Source: an uncultured virus (IMG/VR IMGVR_UViG_3300035680_001736) (taxonomy: Duplodnaviria; Heunggongvirae; Uroviricota; Caudoviricetes). From it: 20,000 bases of DNA. The stretch lies in IMG/VR virus record IMGVR_UViG_3300035680_001736; one strand, 5' to 3'. This document shows positions 16,057 to 20,000 of the stretch, in pieces. A program made the translations under genes and the position numbers. Below the pieces are notes generated by a model. That model searched no databases. It was not told the origin of the DNA and saw only the letters and a program-made list of their open reading frames with translations. How positions within the stretch are numbered: position 1 is the first letter of the stretch; each line of letters starts with the position of its first letter.

Positions 16057-16446
16057 TCACTCATACATCTTATCTTCGAGGTCGGGGTATATTTTCTCAA
16101 ACATTTTCATGAGAGCCCCGGCCTCGCTATTTGCCATATCCTCATTTCTCCCCCCAATATCGGAACCGTGTTTCCATTTTAACACATCTCTTTGATACTC
16201 ATGAACCCATTCATGAGACAAGGTCCTCAAAATATCCCGGTATATTCTACCTTTAGTTAAAACTTTTATTTCATTTTCTTCAGTACGACTACCAGTAGTC
16301 ATATTACCAGTTCTTTCTGAAATAAAGAATATCTTTAAGTTGTTTTTTAACGGATATTGTTTTTGTAAAAACCTCAAAAACAAATCAATCAATTTATAAT
16401 CTTTTTGAGGTATTCCTGAATTCCTGTGCGTAATTATAACCTTCAT
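16057..16446 (-). CDS. Small HEXXH zincin-like protein
   Basis: RTLSHEWVHEYQ ... NEDMAN; TATTTAT at 16454-16460. Confidence 0.7.
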   Translation of the reverse strand: MKVIITHRNSGIPQKDYKLIDLFLRFLQKQYPLKNNLKIFFISERTGNMTTGSRTEENEIKVLTKGRIYRDILRTLSHEWVHEYQRDVLKWKHGSDIGGRNEDMANSEAGALMKMFEKIYPDLEDKMYE

Positions 16447-16562
16447 TCTAAGTATAAATATTATCTAAACTTATTAGTGAGTTTTTTACAATAAAAAATT
16501 ACTGTGAAAGGAATGTGGAATGATAAAAAGCTGAGTTTGTTTAATAACTTTTTCATGTTAAT

Positions 16563-16588
16563 AAAAAAAGGGACCCTTTCGAGTCCCT
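16563..16588 (-). terminator. Intrinsic terminator after the outer-membrane protein gene
   Basis: AGGGACTC-GAAA-GGGTCCCT followed by T tract. Confidence 0.8.
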
Positions 16589-16611
16589 GTTTTGTTAAAA
16601 TTTATTTTTTA

Positions 16612-17397
16612 TTAGAATGTAATTTCTAAATTAGCAGTAATAGGTCTGTTAGCCAAACTTGGATTTGTAACAATAACAGTCTTATACATTGGATTAACCA
16701 TAATTGTCAAACGAGAATTGGCGTCAGTTCCCTTAGAGAATGATAAAGTTCTCTTTAATACAACACCCACATTAGTAAATCCGTTTTCTTTTTGGAAGTT
16801 TACTTGTGATTCACCGGTTACGTACCCAACAAATATGTCAGCATTGTAATCCAAATGGTAAGTAGCTTCAAAATAAATTGAACCTCTCTTATATGATTCA
16901 TTTTGATAAAACACATAACTTGTTAAGAAATCAATTCTTGATTTTGCATCACCTTTATATTTCAATACCGCTTCCAAAAAGTGATTGGTAGTAGCCTTAT
17001 TATAATGGAAATAATTTGTGTCAATCTGAGTTGGAGTGTTTTGACTAAAATAAATGTCCTGAACTCCAATTGATGTGTTAAAGACATTAAACAAAGCTGA
17101 ATTTTTCACAGTGTTTGCATATCCTTCTCTAAATTGGTTGTAAACAGCGTTAACCTCAGAGTTCAGTGTGAACCAACTTACTGGTTGATAATCCGCAGTC
17201 ATTTTTATTACAGGTTGTTTTCCTACGTCAACACCTCTCCACAAATTAGAGGTTGAAAGTCCAAAGTCACTTGTAAACGGGCTCTCTTTTTTTGCCGGTC
17301 TAAAGAATAGTCCTTTAGTTTTTACAGTATCTGCTTGGGAGAATGATGTTAATGTTGTTAAAACCCCAAGTAGAAAAAGAAATAATAATTTTTTCAT
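16612..17397 (-). CDS. Putative outer-membrane beta-barrel (TorF/Gcw_chp-like porin)
   Basis: Signal peptide, S.LWRG motif near the mature N-terminus, alternating beta-strand pattern, C-terminal Phe (ANLEITF). Confidence 0.65.
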   Translation of the reverse strand: MKKLLFLFLLGVLTTLTSFSQADTVKTKGLFFRPAKKESPFTSDFGLSTSNLWRGVDVGKQPVIKMTADYQPVSWFTLNSEVNAVYNQFREGYANTVKNSALFNVFNTSIGVQDIYFSQNTPTQIDTNYFHYNKATTNHFLEAVLKYKGDAKSRIDFLTSYVFYQNESYKRGSIYFEATYHLDYNADIFVGYVTGESQVNFQKENGFTNVGVVLKRTLSFSKGTDANSRLTIMVNPMYKTVIVTNPSLANRPITANLEITF

Positions 17398-17452
17398 TTT
17401 AAAAATTTATAAGTTTATTATAAAGGTAAATATCTAGAAAAAGACATAAAAG

Positions 17453-17974
17453 TCAATTCAAATAGTATGTTAACCCTTTGCTCCAATAATCCCCATACTC
17501 TTTGAAAAAGGATAAATCTGTTTCGTTGTAAGTAAAATTCGTAATAATTTCAACCCTTTCCCCAATTTCAGTAACTATCGGTTTTAGTTTTTTTGAGTCG
17601 AATTCTTCATCTAATTCTATATCATATTGAAAAAATTGACCTTTGGTGTAGTCTTCGATTATTAAAGATTTGTCATCCTCAAAAATATATTCGAAATCAT
17701 AATCCTCAAATTCATGGTCATTTTTAGATTCCCAAATTAAGTCGTCATTTTCGTTGTAAACCTGAATCATAAAATGTTCAGGGTTATTAAAAGGACCCAA
17801 AAAAATATCATCAGTTTCAAATATGTCATTTTTATTAACTATTTCACTAATGACATCAGGTTCACAATCACCATTTTCAACTTCTGATTCAAATAATTTC
17901 TGTCTTTGTTCATCTTCTAATAAATGAACGTAACATTCTGCACCACGACCACTTACAACTACCTTATACCTCAT
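17453..17974 (-). CDS. Acidic hypothetical protein
   Basis: 173 aa; ATGA overlap with the upstream gene. Confidence 0.7.
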   Translation of the reverse strand: MRYKVVVSGRGAECYVHLLEDEQRQKLFESEVENGDCEPDVISEIVNKNDIFETDDIFLGPFNNPEHFMIQVYNENDDLIWESKNDHEFEDYDFEYIFEDDKSLIIEDYTKGQFFQYDIELDEEFDSKKLKPIVTEIGERVEIITNFTYNETDLSFFKEYGDYWSKGLTYYLN

Positions 17975-18201
17975 TTCTCAATAATCATATTGGTGTTAGA
18001 AATTGGAAATCTTGCCACAGGAACTGATGAATACCCTGATGGTGCGGACTCACTCGATAGTTTTTGCATTACTTCGTAGTAATCTTGTAATGGTTTTACC
18101 GTTGGTACATCTTCGAATTTGTAAATTAAGTTTGAGACCTCAGCCGTACCGTCATACACCCAAACTTTTTTTTCTGTTGTGTTAAAAACTAGTGTTTGCA
18201 T
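17971..18201 (-). CDS. Hypothetical protein
   Basis: 76-aa ORF downstream of a consensus promoter. Confidence 0.7.
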   Translation of the reverse strand: MQTLVFNTTEKKVWVYDGTAEVSNLIYKFEDVPTVKPLQDYYEVMQKLSSESAPSGYSSVPVARFPISNTNMIIEK

Positions 18202-18221
18202 AAATTGTTAATATTTTTTAA

Positions 18222-18250
18222 ATTATAATTATTATTTTTTGAATTGTCAA
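18222..18250 (-). promoter_or_regulatory. Perfect consensus sigma70 promoter TTGACA-N17-TATAAT
   Basis: tgtcaa 18245-18250, 17-nt spacer, attata 18222-18227. Confidence 0.8.
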
Positions 18251-18699
18251 ATTTCTGAGCCAATTCTAAATTTTTCTTCAGGGGTTAGGAGACCCTTTCC
18301 AAATTTTTCTCTTCTATCCCAGTATCTTTCTTTAACATGCTGATGAATCGGTCTGGGTTTCCCGTCTTCATCAATTCTAACAAACACAATTTTTGTTTGG
18401 GTTACAATGTCTTGCTCACCTGTATAAACATTGTGTTTTCTAACTTCAATATAAAGTGTAACAGAGGTGTTTCCAAATGAAACAACTTCACCATAAACTT
18501 TCAAAATGTTTCCAACCTTCACCGCTCGTTTAAATAACAACTCATCAATTTTAAGTGTTACAATTTTTTGGGTGTCACAGATTTGTGAAGCATATGAAGC
18601 CGCAGCATCATCAATAAGTCCGAGTATCAAACCTCCGAACATATTTCCGTGAACACCCTCGTCACCTTTCTTACAAATGTAGGTTGTTATTAATTCCAT
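18247..18699 (-). CDS. Acyl-CoA thioesterase (HotDog fold, YciA-like)
   Basis: HGNMFGG..L..ID.AA, VT, F...VKVG, GNTSV, FVRIDEDGKPRPI. Confidence 0.9.
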   Translation of the reverse strand: MELITTYICKKGDEGVHGNMFGGLILGLIDDAAASYASQICDTQKIVTLKIDELLFKRAVKVGNILKVYGEVVSFGNTSVTLYIEVRKHNVYTGEQDIVTQTKIVFVRIDEDGKPRPIHQHVKERYWDRREKFGKGLLTPEEKFRIGSEI

Positions 18700-18700
18700 T

Positions 18701-18901
18701 TTAGTTATTAAACTGACCGATGTTCATCAGATAATTTATATAATCTCTTTTGGATGCGAGTTTTTGAAGGCTCTGATTAACTTGAATGATATAATCATCC
18801 GTGTTCATTCTTCCTTTTCTAAATCTTTCCGTAATTAATTCAATTCTTTTAATTGACTCTTGTTTGTCAACATAACTAACAGTTCCAGTATTATTTTCCA
18901 T
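18701..18901 (-). CDS. Hypothetical protein (probable start MENNTG at 18901)
   Basis: This ATG lies 4 nt after the upstream stop and avoids overlap. Confidence 0.55.
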   Translation of the reverse strand: MENNTGTVSYVDKQESIKRIELITERFRKGRMNTDDYIIQVNQSLQKLASKRDYINYLMNIGQFNN

Positions 18902-18905
18902 TGTA

Positions 18906-19253
18906 TTACTTATTTTCATCATTAAATTCTTCATCGTCAAGTCCATCCATTAATGTATTATCCCAATCTTCCATATCATCAGTGTATTCAAACGCACCAT
19001 CTGGTCCAATCTGAAAATCATCTGATACATAAGGTTCAATATTTTCTTCGGCACATTCTTCTGCCATTTTCATCGCATAATCTTTTTTTCTTGCGAATGG
19101 TTTCTCGGGACATAGTTCTTCTTTTCCTCTATAAACCGCCCACCACCATTGTTGCTCCTCCATCTTTTCAACTCGGAGCCTCATATCACGATACTTGGCA
19201 ACATAATCGTCCTCGTCAATTTGTTCCCACTTATGTTTTAAATCTTCCATCAT
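18906..19253 (-). CDS. Hypothetical protein with acidic tail
   Basis: 115 aa, WWWAVY, D/E-rich C-terminus. Confidence 0.65.
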   Translation of the reverse strand: MMEDLKHKWEQIDEDDYVAKYRDMRLRVEKMEEQQWWWAVYRGKEELCPEKPFARKKDYAMKMAEECAEENIEPYVSDDFQIGPDGAFEYTDDMEDWDNTLMDGLDDEEFNDENK

Positions 19254-19274
19254 ATTTTAGTTAACGTGTTTTTT

Positions 19275-19898
19275 TTAAGAATTACTTTCAACCTCTTCAA
19301 AAATACCTCTAACCATAACACCTTTTTCACCTTTGACTTGGTAATTTTCAGGATTATCCAAAATTTTATCTAAAGTTTCGTGAAGTTGTTTTCTTAATTG
19401 TTGTTCGTAAGTGTCTTCTATGTCATTAATCATACTCGGATTTCCATAGGCATAGATTGTTTTGTCTTGTGATATTTCGGGTGAGAATTCCAAAACAATT
19501 TTCTTTTTTGGTTCAAACGTTTCAGGGTTATAAATTGTTGGAGTAATGCAAGCTCCATCTAAAACTGGTTCGTGAATTTTTTTAGGGTCAAACATTTCGG
19601 GAGTTAGTGCTAAAGATAGTAAATAACATTTTCCCTTAAATTTTTGATTTGGTACAACTTTATAAATTTTAGGTTGTATGGTGTTGTTATTTTCATCAAG
19701 TGTAACTGGATGTTTCATAACAAAAATTTCATCACAGTCAGAAAATTCTTCACATTGTTTAATTCTTTCCAAATATGGTTCAAGTTCTTCACCATAAATC
19801 ATGTTATCAGTAAGTCCTTGAACATTTACTAAATAACCTTTTTTATTTTCCAGTTCTCCCGAACTTAAAATTTCTTTAATTAATTCTTGTATTTTCAT
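19275..19898 (-). CDS. Hypothetical protein
   Basis: 207-aa ORF. Confidence 0.7.
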   Translation of the reverse strand: MKIQELIKEILSSGELENKKGYLVNVQGLTDNMIYGEELEPYLERIKQCEEFSDCDEIFVMKHPVTLDENNNTIQPKIYKVVPNQKFKGKCYLLSLALTPEMFDPKKIHEPVLDGACITPTIYNPETFEPKKKIVLEFSPEISQDKTIYAYGNPSMINDIEDTYEQQLRKQLHETLDKILDNPENYQVKGEKGVMVRGIFEEVESNS

Positions 19899-20000
19899 AA
19901 CTTTCTATTGTAATGTTAATTTTACCTGATGTAATTAGTGCAATTGCTCTTTCACACTCTTTCCAGTTTTTACAACCACTTAAATCTATTTGGATTATAT
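19876..20000 (-). CDS. 3' end of a gene entering from outside the window
   Basis: Open frame ...IIQIDLSGCKNWKECERAIALITSGKINITIESYENTRIN* overlapping the next start. Confidence 0.45.
   Translation of the reverse strand, partial: IIQIDLSGCKNWKECERAIALITSGKINITIESYENTRIN

Noticed and set aside
16461..16556. 31-aa minus-strand ORF MKKLLNKLSFLSFHIPFTVIFYCKKLTNKFR
   Set aside because: Fills the gap neatly but starts right after a terminator with no promoter motif; insufficient support
10620..19832. Other short antisense or overlapping ORFs in the track (10620, 11039, 12184, 13775, 13839, 14335, 15971, 18003, 18953, 19644; also 2764)
   Set aside because: They overlap better-supported genes and have shadow-like composition
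1..20000. Stop-codon reassignment, CRISPR arrays, tRNAs, transposases
   Set aside because: Conserved genes are intact under the standard code; no repeat-spacer array, cloverleaf or transposase motif seen by eye

Overview
AT-rich, very gene-dense window that reads as part of a large (jumbo/mega) tailed-phage genome infecting a Bacteroidota host (inference). Phage-like signs: many short orphans, frequent strand switching, a holin-like gene and a shared N-terminal leader on several proteins. Host signs: Bacteroidota-type DnaK, a CarboxypepD-like domain, TAnnTTTG promoter elements and no obvious Shine-Dalgarno sites. Host-like auxiliary genes include GMP reductase, DnaK, NusG, FKBP PPIase, acyl-CoA thioesterase, metallophosphoesterase, an outer-membrane beta-barrel and a PAS histidine kinase/receiver/membrane coiled-coil operon. 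Top observation: a 9-codon Asn-rich leader peptide (MNKNLINNK, absent from the ORF track) followed by an intrinsic terminator sits directly upstream of an anticodon-domain-less AsnRS-like gene (probable asparagine synthetase). This is a candidate asparagine-sensing attenuator with no visible antiterminator. Also seen: three recurring promoter classes, a promoter-flanked ~70-nt structured RNA ahead of the nusG gene run, a second multi-hairpin RNA candidate, and a putative capsid-targeting leader family. No database searches or folding programs were run.
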